Of a stretch of DNA of 64,000 nucleotides, positions 13,134 to 21,966 are shown in pieces. A program made the translations under genes and the position numbers. The number at the start of each line of letters is the position of its first letter. Position 1 is the first letter of the stretch. Under the pieces are notes generated by a model. The model had not been told where the DNA came from, did not search any database, and saw only the letters and a list, made by a program, of their open reading frames with translations. Location of the stretch: contig JAZDGS010000051.1 in the NCBI GenBank assembly GCA_043806755.1, forward strand, positions 4,546 to 68,545, written 5' to 3'. This DNA comes from Pseudomonadota bacterium (GTDB lineage Bacteria > Desulfobacterota > Desulfobacteria > Desulfobacterales > UBA2156).

Positions 13134-13298
13134 CTATTTCTTTCGATTCTGGAATTCGGCAGATGGGTCGGATGGCGGTTTTCTTGTCACCTGACAAGAA
13201 TCTTTCATTCATGTTGAGATGCCGAGTTTTGGAAGGATATACGTTTGCAGGACAATCCAAACGCCGATGACCGCAATGAGGATGATGATTTCTTTCAT
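13134..13298 (-). CDS. Candidate small membrane selenoprotein (54 codons with in-frame UGA at codon 30); otherwise a 29-aa membrane peptide
   Basis: Below the ORF-track size cut-off. ATG at 13298 with AAGGGA 8 nt upstream, 40 nt downstream of the mobB stop. Translation: MKEIIILIAVIGVWIVLQTYILPKLGIST-UGA(13211-13209)-MKDSCQVTRKPPSDPSAEFQNRKK-TAG(13136-13134). The N-terminus is a clean TM helix. A Cys lies 5 residues after the UGA. Confidence 0.4.
13181..13200 (-). other. SECIS-like hairpin downstream of the in-frame UGA
   Basis: UGA-AUGAAAGA-UUCUUGUC-AGGU-GACAAGAA: a perfect 8-bp stem with a 4-nt apical loop containing GU. The loop starts 16 nt after the UGA, which fits the bacterial SECIS geometry known from E. 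coli fdhF. Confidence 0.4.
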
Positions 13299-13337
13299 GA
13301 CCATTTCCCTTATAAAAATTCCATGTTAATGCGCAAG

Positions 13338-13838
13338 TCACGATTTTCCGGAGTGAATATATCGTGTTTCAATAAAATCAGCCAATTTTTGAATTTCTTC
13401 CAAACCGAATACCGGAACATTCATTTTAACAGCAGAGTCCGATACCATGGCCACAAGGTTATCGTTATCCTTAAAAAGAGGTTCGCTGTGAACTTGAACG
13501 CGGAATATCTCTATCTTGGGCCGAGCTTCTTTTTTAAAACCTTCGGCAATCACTAAATCGACATCCTGAAAATATTTTTCAAGCGTGTCCAGAGACTCGC
13601 TTTCGAGATCATCCTTCACCATAACAATCTGGCCGGGTGATGAAATAATAACCGTATCGGCTCCGGCATTTTTGTGACGCCAGCTGTCTTTTCCCTTCAT
13701 GTCGACGGCATATCCATGATGAGCGTGCTTAATCGATCCGATCCGATACCCTCTGCTTTTGAGCTCGGCAATCAGCTTTTCAATCAGCGTTGTTTTTCCT
13801 GACGATGAATTTCCGACGATGGAGACAACCTGAGTCAT
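13338..13838 (-). CDS. mobB: Molybdopterin-guanine dinucleotide biosynthesis adaptor protein MobB
   Basis: 166 aa, VVSIVGNSSSGKTTLIEKLIAELKSRGYRIGSIKHAHHGYAVDMKGKDSWRH, a P-loop followed by the KH.HH motif. Confidence 0.85.
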   Translation of the reverse strand: MTQVVSIVGNSSSGKTTLIEKLIAELKSRGYRIGSIKHAHHGYAVDMKGKDSWRHKNAGADTVIISSPGQIVMVKDDLESESLDTLEKYFQDVDLVIAEGFKKEARPKIEIFRVQVHSEPLFKDNDNLVAMVSDSAVKMNVPVFGLEEIQKLADFIETRYIHSGKS

Positions 13839-13986
13839 TATTCACTCAAAGCGATCATTCAACTGATTCATATTCCGGCCGGACAAACCATCGGCCAAAA
13901 AAAACCTAAGAGAAAATTAACCCGCAATTCATATCTGTCAAGATGCAAATGAGCGATTAAGGCCGGAAACTCTTTTTTAAAATTAT

Positions 13987-14003
13987 GGATGCCGGCAGCA
14001 TCC
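13987..14003 (-). terminator. Possible terminator of the etf operon
   Basis: Minus strand GGAUGC-UGCCG-GCAUCC followed by AUAAUUUUAAAAAAG, about 40 nt after the etfA stop. The stem is short. Confidence 0.35.
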
Positions 14004-14043
14004 CACGTCCTGCCGCCGGCAATTTGAAAAAGGTATGGGAAGC

Positions 14044-15030
14044 CTATTTTTTCCCCTCATTGATCTTCTCGGTGAGTGAGGGGATAAAATCAAGAATATC
14101 CACCACAACACCCACATCCGCAACCTGGAATATGGGGGCTTTTGGATTTTTGTTAATTGCAACCATAAACGGAGATCCTTTAATTCCTCCAAGGTGTTGA
14201 AAGGAACCGCTGATCCCGAGGGCCATATACACTTTCGGTTTAACCGTCTGGCCGGATGTTCCCACCTGACGGGATTTTTCCATCCATTTCGCATCGACAA
14301 TGGGTCGCGAACAAGAGACATCTGCGCCCATTGCCTGAGCCAGTTCATGAATGATTTCAAGGTTCTCTTGTTCTTCAATCCCCCTTCCAACCGATACCAG
14401 AACCTCAGACTTGGTGATATCCACGTCTCCGACCTCGGCTTGCACCAATTCCAGAAAACGGCGACCGCAGTCAGGCATGCCTTCTTGAAAGGCATCAGCG
14501 GTTTTATCGGTCAGGAGGCCTGACCTATCCTTATTTTCGTTTGGAGAAAAAGAACCTGCTCGAATCGTGATGACCGCCCCTTCGGAGATATCGCAGGAAA
14601 CGTGGGTTCTCACCATTCCGTTGAATTCTTCCCGGACGGCCAAAAGCAGATTCCCTGTGATGCCGTCCATAGCGACGACATCCGGAAGGTATGTCGATCC
14701 AAGGCCGATGGAAAGGCCCGGGGCCAGATCCATGCCGAAATGTTCATGGGGGATCAATACGATATTTCCCCTGGGGAGGACCCGTTGCAAAAGAGCGCGA
14801 ATAAGGGCTGCATCGGGATAGGCAATGCTCTCGTTATCGATCTTCCAAACATGTTCGTAAGATTTGGCCGCTTCACGGCATGCGGCATCCAAATCACTAC
14901 CCCATCCGGCAACGACAGCCGTTACAGAAGCTTCGGGATCGATTTTGGCCGCTGCTGAAAGGAGTTCCAGGGCAGAATCATCGGGTATCCCTTTTTTGTG
15001 AATGATATATGAAAAAATTTGCCGGGCCAT
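14044..15030 (-). CDS. etfA: Electron transfer flavoprotein alpha subunit
   Basis: 328 aa. The C-terminal FAD-binding region reads ..VGTSGQTVKPKVYMALGISGSFQHLGGIKGSPFMVAINKNPKAPIF. The start overlaps the etfB stop (TAATG). Confidence 0.9.
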   Translation of the reverse strand: MARQIFSYIIHKKGIPDDSALELLSAAAKIDPEASVTAVVAGWGSDLDAACREAAKSYEHVWKIDNESIAYPDAALIRALLQRVLPRGNIVLIPHEHFGMDLAPGLSIGLGSTYLPDVVAMDGITGNLLLAVREEFNGMVRTHVSCDISEGAVITIRAGSFSPNENKDRSGLLTDKTADAFQEGMPDCGRRFLELVQAEVGDVDITKSEVLVSVGRGIEEQENLEIIHELAQAMGADVSCSRPIVDAKWMEKSRQVGTSGQTVKPKVYMALGISGSFQHLGGIKGSPFMVAINKNPKAPIFQVADVGVVVDILDFIPSLTEKINEGKK

Positions 15031-15821
15031 TATCGGATCCCTCCTTTGGATTTCAATATGTCGATCAGCTTATCGATGATTTCATCCGTGTTCCCTTCAA
15101 GGATTTCAGCGCCTTTTCCAAGTTCGGGGGCAAAATAATCGATCTTTTTCACTTTTGACCCTCCCTTCCCGATCGACTCAACCGGGACGCCGAGCTCCGA
15201 TGCGCCATACACTGGGATTTCCACTGAAGCGACTTTGCGTATCCCGCGGATGCCGACATATCGAGGTTCGTTGATCCCCGTTTGAATCGTGAGAACGCAT
15301 GGAAGTTTGATTTCGTTGAATTCCTGATTCCCACCGGCGATCTCACGCCCCACTTTGATGGTCTTGTCATCAACAACCTCAATCACGTTCACCAGAGACG
15401 CAAACGGCCATTTGAGCATGGTGGCCAGCATTCCCCCGACCTGTCCCGCACCGTCGTCTGCCTGAACTCCGGTAAGAACCAGATCATATGCCTCTTTTTC
15501 AATATGCGCCTTGAGGATGGCCGAAATTCCCCGCCCATCCGAACCGTTGAACGCTTCATCGGAAAGGTGGATCCCTTTATCCGCCCCCATCGCCATTTGT
15601 CTCCGGATAACTTCATCGGCTTCTGCTTCTCCGACGGAAACCACGGTCACGCTGCCGCCTGTTTTATCGCGGATCCGGATCGCTTCTTCAACCGCATAAT
15701 TGTCCCACTCGTTGATCGAATAAACCAGATCTTCCCGTTCGATATCGGTTCCATCCTTGCCAACCTGGATTTCATTTTCCGAGGTATCCGGAACCCGTTT
15801 GATACAGACCAATACTTCCAT
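15030..15821 (-). CDS. etfB: Electron transfer flavoprotein beta subunit
   Basis: MEVLVCIKRVPD... I chose ATG 15821, which has GGGAGG 6 nt upstream, rather than the track's 15845. Confidence 0.9.
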   Translation of the reverse strand: MEVLVCIKRVPDTSENEIQVGKDGTDIEREDLVYSINEWDNYAVEEAIRIRDKTGGSVTVVSVGEAEADEVIRRQMAMGADKGIHLSDEAFNGSDGRGISAILKAHIEKEAYDLVLTGVQADDGAGQVGGMLATMLKWPFASLVNVIEVVDDKTIKVGREIAGGNQEFNEIKLPCVLTIQTGINEPRYVGIRGIRKVASVEIPVYGASELGVPVESIGKGGSKVKKIDYFAPELGKGAEILEGNTDEIIDKLIDILKSKGGIR

Positions 15822-15903
15822 ATTCATCCTCCCTTGATTTGCCACCCTTTGACTTAACCAATCACTCTTTCAGAAAAACCGAAACCAATCCAATGGGCCA
15901 TGA

Positions 15904-17964
15904 TCATTGATCCTGTATCATTTGCTGATCGATCAGCTCCGCGATATCCACCGCGCGCATTTTCCCCTCAAGGCCGCTGGTTTTAATGGCATCCTCAATA
16001 TTGACCATGCAAAACGGACATGCGGTGACGATAACATTCGCTCCGGCTTCTTTGGCCATCTCCACCCTCAGTTTGCCCATACGGGTCTCTTCGGTGGGTT
16101 CGTAGAAAAGCATCAATCCCCCACCGCCGCAGCAAAAAGATCGATCTTTCGATCGTATCATCTCCACGCGCCTCATTCCCGGGACGGCATCCAGAACGCG
16201 CCTTGGAGCATCATAGATGCCATTGTGCCGTCCGAGATAACATGGATCGTGATAGGTGAAAACCAAATTCGGGTCTTCGATCCCTTTTAAGCGAATTTTT
16301 CCGGATAGGATGCTCCGCTCCATTAGCTGAGAGATGTGCTCAACGGGTTTAATGTCCGAATAATCATTTGTTAAGGCGTTAAATGCATGCGGATCGGCAG
16401 TGACGATCCCGTTCACCTGACCATTCCGAATAGCATCCGTATTTTGGCGCTTCAGTTCTAAAAAAAGCATCTCTTCTCCGAAACGCCTGACTTCGTGCCC
16501 GCTGTCCATTTCCGCGGGTCCAAGAATGCCGAAATCGATCCCGGCACCCTTTAATATTCGGGCCGTTGCCCTGGCGATTTCCTGAATCCGATCGTCATAA
16601 GACGTGATGCTATCCACAAAATAGAGCATATCGGCGCTCTTCTTTTCTCCCAGAACTTTCACAAAGCCTAAATCCTTGGCCCAGTCTCCCCGTTTCTTCT
16701 CCATTTTACCATAAGGATTCCCTCGTTTTTCCAAAGAGCCAAGGGGTTTTTGCAGCGATTGAGGGACGCGACCTTCATCCACCAGCCCCCGCCGGACGTC
16801 GACGATCTTGTCGATATATTCAATCAGCAAGGGGCATTCCTCCTCACAGGCCCCGCAAGTGGTGCAAGACCAGATTTCATCCTCTTCCAGCACACCTCCG
16901 ATAAACGGAACAGGATCGGGAGCTTTTCCAATAATCGAAAACGTATCAAAGGAATGATTTCGGCATTTGATGGAAATAAACCTCGGCGACAGAGGGCGGC
17001 CGACGGCATTTGCCGGACAGTTATCCGAACATCTCCCACAATCGGCACAAGAATAAAAATCAAGCATATGTTTCCAGGTAAAGTCTTCGTATGTTTTCAC
17101 ACCGAAGGATTCCAGCTGATCCAGGGCATCTTCCCCGATTCCCCACTTGACCGGCTTCACCACTCCTTTTCGAAGCTTCATAAAATAGACGTTGGGAAAG
17201 GAAGTGATGACGTGAAAATGCTTCCCTAAAGGGAGAAAACATAAGAAAAAAAAGAAGGCCAAATCGTGAATGAAATAAGCACCCAAATGAACAGCCTGAA
17301 GGGTACTTTGGGATTTCTCTGTAAAAAATCCGGCAGCCAATGCCGAAAGCGTTCCCGGAATGTGAATCCCCGTCGGATATCCTTTTTGCATCTTGGCAGC
17401 CGCAACGCTCCCTTCAAATAAGGCCTCGGAGAGCATCAGTGTCGATATCAACAGAAGAACGAACACCGCCTCCGCCGTGTGCTCTTTCCCGTATTTTGCC
17501 GGTACGGCGTATCGTTTCGGTTTGAAAAAAGCCCTCCGGATAATGGCAATGATGCAGGTTCCAAAAACAATGGTTCCGGCAATATCTTTAAGTACCTCAT
17601 ACGCCGATCCGACAGCACCGCCCAGGCCGGGTAATACAAAATTGTCGAAAATGCCGAGGATCACCAGAGTCATGGAGCGCAGTGAAAGAATGACAAATCC
17701 GGCAAAGAGCAGAATATGCAGAACACCGGCAAGCCGGTATCGGGGCTGGCGGTACTGAGCTAGGGCATATTTTAGCATGTTCAGCAGACGCTCAGGCCAT
17801 TGGTCGAATCTGGGGTCTTTTGCTCCTTTGAACAAAGGAATCATCCGACGATAAATGATATAGGAAAAAATGCCGATTCCCAAAACCGGGATTAAGACGG
17901 AGAAGATCATGGTCGGAATTCCGAAAACCGAAGCGCCGGCCGGGGAGGTCAATGCCATTTCCAT
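15904..17964 (-). CDS. Membrane-bound Fe-S oxidoreductase (N-terminal cytochrome-b-like TM domain, 2x[4Fe-4S], two CCG domains), the Etf-associated type
   Basis: 686 aa with about 6 N-terminal TM helices. Ferredoxin motifs CADCGRCSDNCP and CTTCGACEEECP. CCG-type motifs ..DPCYLGRHN.. and ..SFCCGGGG... It heads the etfBA operon, an arrangement known from syntrophic fatty-acid oxidisers as the Etf:quinone-linked FeS oxidoreductase. Confidence 0.8.
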   Translation of the reverse strand: MEMALTSPAGASVFGIPTMIFSVLIPVLGIGIFSYIIYRRMIPLFKGAKDPRFDQWPERLLNMLKYALAQYRQPRYRLAGVLHILLFAGFVILSLRSMTLVILGIFDNFVLPGLGGAVGSAYEVLKDIAGTIVFGTCIIAIIRRAFFKPKRYAVPAKYGKEHTAEAVFVLLLISTLMLSEALFEGSVAAAKMQKGYPTGIHIPGTLSALAAGFFTEKSQSTLQAVHLGAYFIHDLAFFFFLCFLPLGKHFHVITSFPNVYFMKLRKGVVKPVKWGIGEDALDQLESFGVKTYEDFTWKHMLDFYSCADCGRCSDNCPANAVGRPLSPRFISIKCRNHSFDTFSIIGKAPDPVPFIGGVLEEDEIWSCTTCGACEEECPLLIEYIDKIVDVRRGLVDEGRVPQSLQKPLGSLEKRGNPYGKMEKKRGDWAKDLGFVKVLGEKKSADMLYFVDSITSYDDRIQEIARATARILKGAGIDFGILGPAEMDSGHEVRRFGEEMLFLELKRQNTDAIRNGQVNGIVTADPHAFNALTNDYSDIKPVEHISQLMERSILSGKIRLKGIEDPNLVFTYHDPCYLGRHNGIYDAPRRVLDAVPGMRRVEMIRSKDRSFCCGGGGLMLFYEPTEETRMGKLRVEMAKEAGANVIVTACPFCMVNIEDAIKTSGLEGKMRAVDIAELIDQQMIQDQ

Positions 17965-18162
17965 TTTATATTTCTTTCATGTTTGAAGTTCTTCGTTGCC
18001 GGCAGCGGATAATCTTAGACCGCAATGAGTTGTGCCAATATTTCATTGGCTCACTAGCTCAACAGCCCCGCTTGTTGCGGGATCTCCGTTTTGCTCCGGC
18101 ATGCGAGAAGGAATCTGCTCGCCCGAGCGGTTCCAATCGAATGAACTCCAACGGCAATTGAT

Positions 18163-18188
18163 AAAATGAATGAATATTCATTCATTTT
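18163..18188. promoter_or_regulatory. Perfect 26-bp palindrome, putative TetR operator (site 1), in the divergent FeS-etf / fadD intergenic region
   Basis: AAAATGAATGAAT|ATTCATTCATTTT is perfectly self-complementary. The core TGAATGAATATTCATTCA (18167-18184) recurs at 22643 and 22778. Confidence 0.55.
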
Positions 18189-18378
18189 ACAAAGACCCTT
18201 ACGCCTGTCAATAAAAAAATCACCCCTTTTTAATGCACCGCCCCATCTTCTGTTTGTTGACAAATCGTCATGGTAATAATAAATACTTAAAAAAACATCA
18301 TTTATGAATCCACCTGAACGGTTATCATAAAAGAGTACCACGAACCCATCATCCATTCGGAAAAGCAAGGGGGAACGT

Positions 18379-20082
18379 ATGACCAAATTGGTATCATATC
18401 ATGATAAGCCATGGTTTTCCAGCTACGAAAAAAGAGTCCCTGAAAAAATCGTCTATGAAACCACCTGCCTCCCTGAATTTTTAGAAGAATCCGCCCGCCG
18501 GTTTCCTTCGCTGATGGCGCTTTCATTCCAGGGGTACTCGATCAACTTTCGCGACCTGAACATCATGGTCAATCGTTTTGCCAAAGCCCTCCATGAATTC
18601 GGTATCCGGAAAGGCGACCGGGTCGCCATTTTGTTGCCGAACCTTATCCCGTGCGTGGCGAGTTATTATGCCGCGCTCAAGATCGGCGGAATTGCTGTCC
18701 TGAACAATCCCCTCTATTCGGACCGCGAGCTCGAGCACCAGTTGAATGATTCCAAATCCAAAATACTTATCACTCTAGACCTTCTGGGGAATCGGATGAT
18801 TGATCTTAGGCCAAAGACACATATTAAAGCGATCATCTATACTTCCATCGGAGATTATCTCCCCTTCCCAAAAAATATTCTTTTTCCTCTGATCGCCAAA
18901 AAAAAAGGGCTTTCAGCAGACGTGAAATCCGCCCCGGATGTCCACAAATGGAAAACGATCCTGGCCAATTCCCAGCCGGATCCGCCTTCTATCGACCTTT
19001 CTTTTGAAGAAACCGCCATGCTTCAGTACACCGGAGGGACAACCGGAGTATCGAAGGGGGTCATGCTGACCCATGAAAATTTAAGCAAGCAGGTTCAGCA
19101 GCTATCCGCCTGGTTCCCTCAGTTTGAAAAAGGGAAGGAAATCATGCTGGGCGCTCTCCCGTACTTCCATGTGTTCGGGCTTTCGGCCGCCATGAATTTT
19201 TCGATTTTTATGGGGTGGGGGCAGATTCTAGTCCCTAAACCCCAGCCGGAACCTCTGCTGGAAGCCATTCGAAAATTCAAGCCCACCTTCGCACCCCTCG
19301 TACCGACCATGTATATCGGAATCCTCAACCACCCGGACATCGACAAAACCGACCTGACCTCAATTAAGGGTTGTTTTTCCGGGAGCGCTCCGCTTCCGGT
19401 GGAAGTGATCCGCAAATTCGAAGAAAAAACAGGGGCCATTATCGTGGAAGGATTCGGATTGACCGAAGCGACACCGGTTACCCACATCAACCCGTTCGGC
19501 GGCCAGCGCAAGGTGGGAAGCATCGGACTTCCCATATCCGATACGGAGTCGCGCATCGTCGAACTCGACGACTGGACCAAGGACGTAACGGTTGGAGAAC
19601 CCGGGGAACTCCTCATCAAGGGGCCTCAGGTTATGAAAGGGTATTGGAAAATGCCCGATGAAACGGCCGCCACCCTCTCGGACGGTTGGCTCCATACCGG
19701 AGATATCGCAAAAATGGATGAAGAGGGGTACTTTTTTATCGTCGATCGAAAAAAGGATATGGTGATCTCAGGAGGATATAATGTTTATCCGCGCGAGATC
19801 GATGAGGTGTTCTACGATCACCCTAAAGTCCTGGAAGCCTGTTCCATCGGCATTCCTCACCCCACTCGCGGGGAAGCCGTTAAGGTTTTCGTCGTTCTGA
19901 AAGAAGGGGAAAAAGCCACTCCTGAAGAATTCATTGCCTATTGTCAAACCCGGCTTGCCAAGTTTAAACTCCCAACCGAGATCGAATTTAGGGATAGCCT
20001 TCCAAAATCGGTTGTGGGAAAAGTATTGAGAAAAGAATTAAAAAATCAGGAAAAGACCAAACCGAAAGCCGGCGATAAGTGA
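18379..20082 (+). CDS. fadD: Long-chain fatty acid-CoA ligase (AMP-forming)
   Basis: 567 aa with the AMP-binding motifs [27 protein letters not shown]-like [45 protein letters not shown]. Confidence 0.85.
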   Translation: [567 protein letters not shown]

Positions 20083-20116
20083 AGCTCCCCGCTCTGAAGA
20101 GCGGGGCTTCCCGGTA
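20081..20116 (+). repeat. 36-nt hairpin repeat, copy 1 (also the likely fadD terminator)
   Basis: GAAGCTCCCCGCTCTGAAGAGCGGGGCTTCCCGGTA, containing CCCCGCTC-TGAA-GAGCGGGG. It matches 33/36 with 22802-22837 in the same orientation. It overlaps the fadD stop codon. Confidence 0.6.
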
Positions 20117-20174
20117 TTGATTTACCCTTGAACCCTTGTGGGCAAATACTGAACTAAAGTCTTCGCCTAAAAGC

Positions 20175-21965
20175 TTAGAACGGATATTTCTTAATCTTGA
20201 TCACCTTATCCGCAATCAGACGTTTTAACGGGATGGTATCTATCGGTTGAAATCCCACCAAATGATCGACCGCCGTCAGGAGTCGGTTTAAGGCTTCCCC
20301 CTTTTCAACATAAGCCAGAATTTGTTTCGCCCATGAAACCATTTTTGGGAGGGTGTCGTTGACGTACACTGTAATTGCCGCCGCATGATATTCAGCCTGC
20401 TTTTCGCCCTTCTTTTGAAGGATCTTCACCGCCCGAAGGAGACCGCTCTCCATGGCATAAATCTCCATGATCATATCCGACAGCATTTCCATGACTTCCT
20501 GCTCATCCGCCAGCCTCATCATCAGCTTGTTGGCCGCAGTCCCAGCCGCCAAGAGGAGTATCTGTTTGCTCATCTTAACCAGATGGTTTTGAAGGGAAAG
20601 GGGAGAATCATCCTGGGTTTTCACATGAAAGCCGCCTTCCTTAAGCCCCTTCTGAACCTTCGAAACCGCATCGAAAATGGCAAGCTTCCCTTGCATGGCT
20701 CTTCTAAAAAGGGTCCCGGAAATCAGTAACCGATTGATTTCGTTCGTCCCCTCGAAAATCCGGTTGATCCGGGCATCGCGATACATCCGCTCCGCCTGAT
20801 ATTCGGCGGTGTAACCGTTTCCCCCATGGATCTGCAACACCTCATCGGCACAATAATCCAGAACCTCGCTCCCGAAAACCTTCGCTATGGAGCACTCGAT
20901 GGCATACTCGGAGATGGTTCTTGCGTTCACTTCCGGCTGCTTCCGCTCCTCAGCTCCAACCTTACTGAAAATATCTTCAAGGGATGCTGCCATTCGATAC
21001 ACCATCGACTCCGCCATGTAGGCCCTGATGCTCATGTTGGCCAGCTTATTTTTAATCATTCCGAAAGAACAGATCTTTTTCCCGAACTGCTCTCTGGTAT
21101 TGGCATATTTGGAAGCTTCGGCAATCGCCACCTTGCATCCGCCGACCACGCTTGCGCCCAGCTTGTACCGGCCGATATTCAAAACGTTAAACGCGATCTG
21201 ATGCCCCTGCCCCACTTCAAACAGCACATTTTCCACAGGGACACGGCAGTCCTTAAACACAACCGGAGTGGTAGAAGAGCCTTTTATCCCCAATTTTTTT
21301 TCTTCCGCGCCATTGGAAACACCCGGGAATCCCCGTTCCACGATAAACCCGGTAAATTTTTCTCCATTAACTTTGGCGTAGACGATAAACATGTCGGCCC
21401 ATGCGCCGTTGGTGATATAGATCTTTTCGCCGTTTAACAGGTAGAATCGGCCGTCTTCTGAAAGCGTCGCGGTTGTTTGCGCGTTTAATGCATCCGAACC
21501 GGCATTCGGTTCTGTAAGGCAGTATGCGGCGATGTACTCTCCGGAGGCCAGTTTTGAAAGGTATTTTTTTCGCTGCTGTTCATTCCCGAAATAGACGATC
21601 GGAAGAGTCCCGATTCCGGTATGAGCACCGTGGGCAACGGCAAAAGATGCCCCCGTGGAGCTCGCCATGGCTTCCGTGACCAGGCAGGTGCTGATTTTGT
21701 CCATACCTTCTCCGCCGTATTCTTCAGGAATATCGGTCCCGTTCAAACCCAATTCTCCTGCCATTCGAAAAAGGGAACGGGCAAATGCGGGATCTTTTTC
21801 TTCAATATGATCCATGTTCGGCTGGATCTCTTTTTTTGTAAAATCCAGGGCCGCCTGAAAAATCATCTGATGCTCTTTCGTCATCTCCTCAGGAATGAAG
21901 ATATCCTCAGGAAGGACGTCCGTAATTAAAAATTCGCCTCCTACAAATACTTTTCTTTTTCCCAT
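20175..21965 (-). CDS. Acyl-CoA dehydrogenase (long form with extra C-terminal helical domain)
   Basis: I start it at ATG 21965 (MGKRKVFVGGEFLITD...), which has AAGGAG upstream and lies 1 nt after the TetR stop. The track's 22088 start would overlap tetR. ACAD motifs are present: CLTEPNAGSDA, ..YITNG.., QIHGGNGYTAEY. Confidence 0.9.
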   Translation of the reverse strand: MGKRKVFVGGEFLITDVLPEDIFIPEEMTKEHQMIFQAALDFTKKEIQPNMDHIEEKDPAFARSLFRMAGELGLNGTDIPEEYGGEGMDKISTCLVTEAMASSTGASFAVAHGAHTGIGTLPIVYFGNEQQRKKYLSKLASGEYIAAYCLTEPNAGSDALNAQTTATLSEDGRFYLLNGEKIYITNGAWADMFIVYAKVNGEKFTGFIVERGFPGVSNGAEEKKLGIKGSSTTPVVFKDCRVPVENVLFEVGQGHQIAFNVLNIGRYKLGASVVGGCKVAIAEASKYANTREQFGKKICSFGMIKNKLANMSIRAYMAESMVYRMAASLEDIFSKVGAEERKQPEVNARTISEYAIECSIAKVFGSEVLDYCADEVLQIHGGNGYTAEYQAERMYRDARINRIFEGTNEINRLLISGTLFRRAMQGKLAIFDAVSKVQKGLKEGGFHVKTQDDSPLSLQNHLVKMSKQILLLAAGTAANKLMMRLADEQEVMEMLSDMIMEIYAMESGLLRAVKILQKKGEKQAEYHAAAITVYVNDTLPKMVSWAKQILAYVEKGEALNRLLTAVDHLVGFQPIDTIPLKRLIADKVIKIKKYPF

Positions 21966-21966
21966 T

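Noticed and set aside
12677-13341. Track ORFs 12976..13341 (121 aa) and 12677..12979 (100 aa) on the minus strand, apparently chained to mobB by 4-nt overlaps
   Set aside because: - Both use weak starts (GTG, TTG) and have Arg/His/Cys-rich, family-less sequences.
- The first overlaps, in another frame, the much more protein-like TM ORF at 13298.
- The second contains the strong hairpin GGTCAGCC-N7-GGCTGACC (12908-12930), which looks like a transcript end.
- I treat both as non-coding, but cannot exclude them without homology searches.
17965-18378. Track ORFs 18054..18386 and 18302..18526 (minus) and 17952..18161 (plus) in the FeS-oxidoreductase/fadD intergenic region
   Set aside because: - They overlap promoter and operator DNA and the fadD start.
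- They have no recognisable motifs.
- The region contains GC hairpins (for example CCCGC-TTGTT-GCGGG) that are more consistent with non-coding regulatory DNA.
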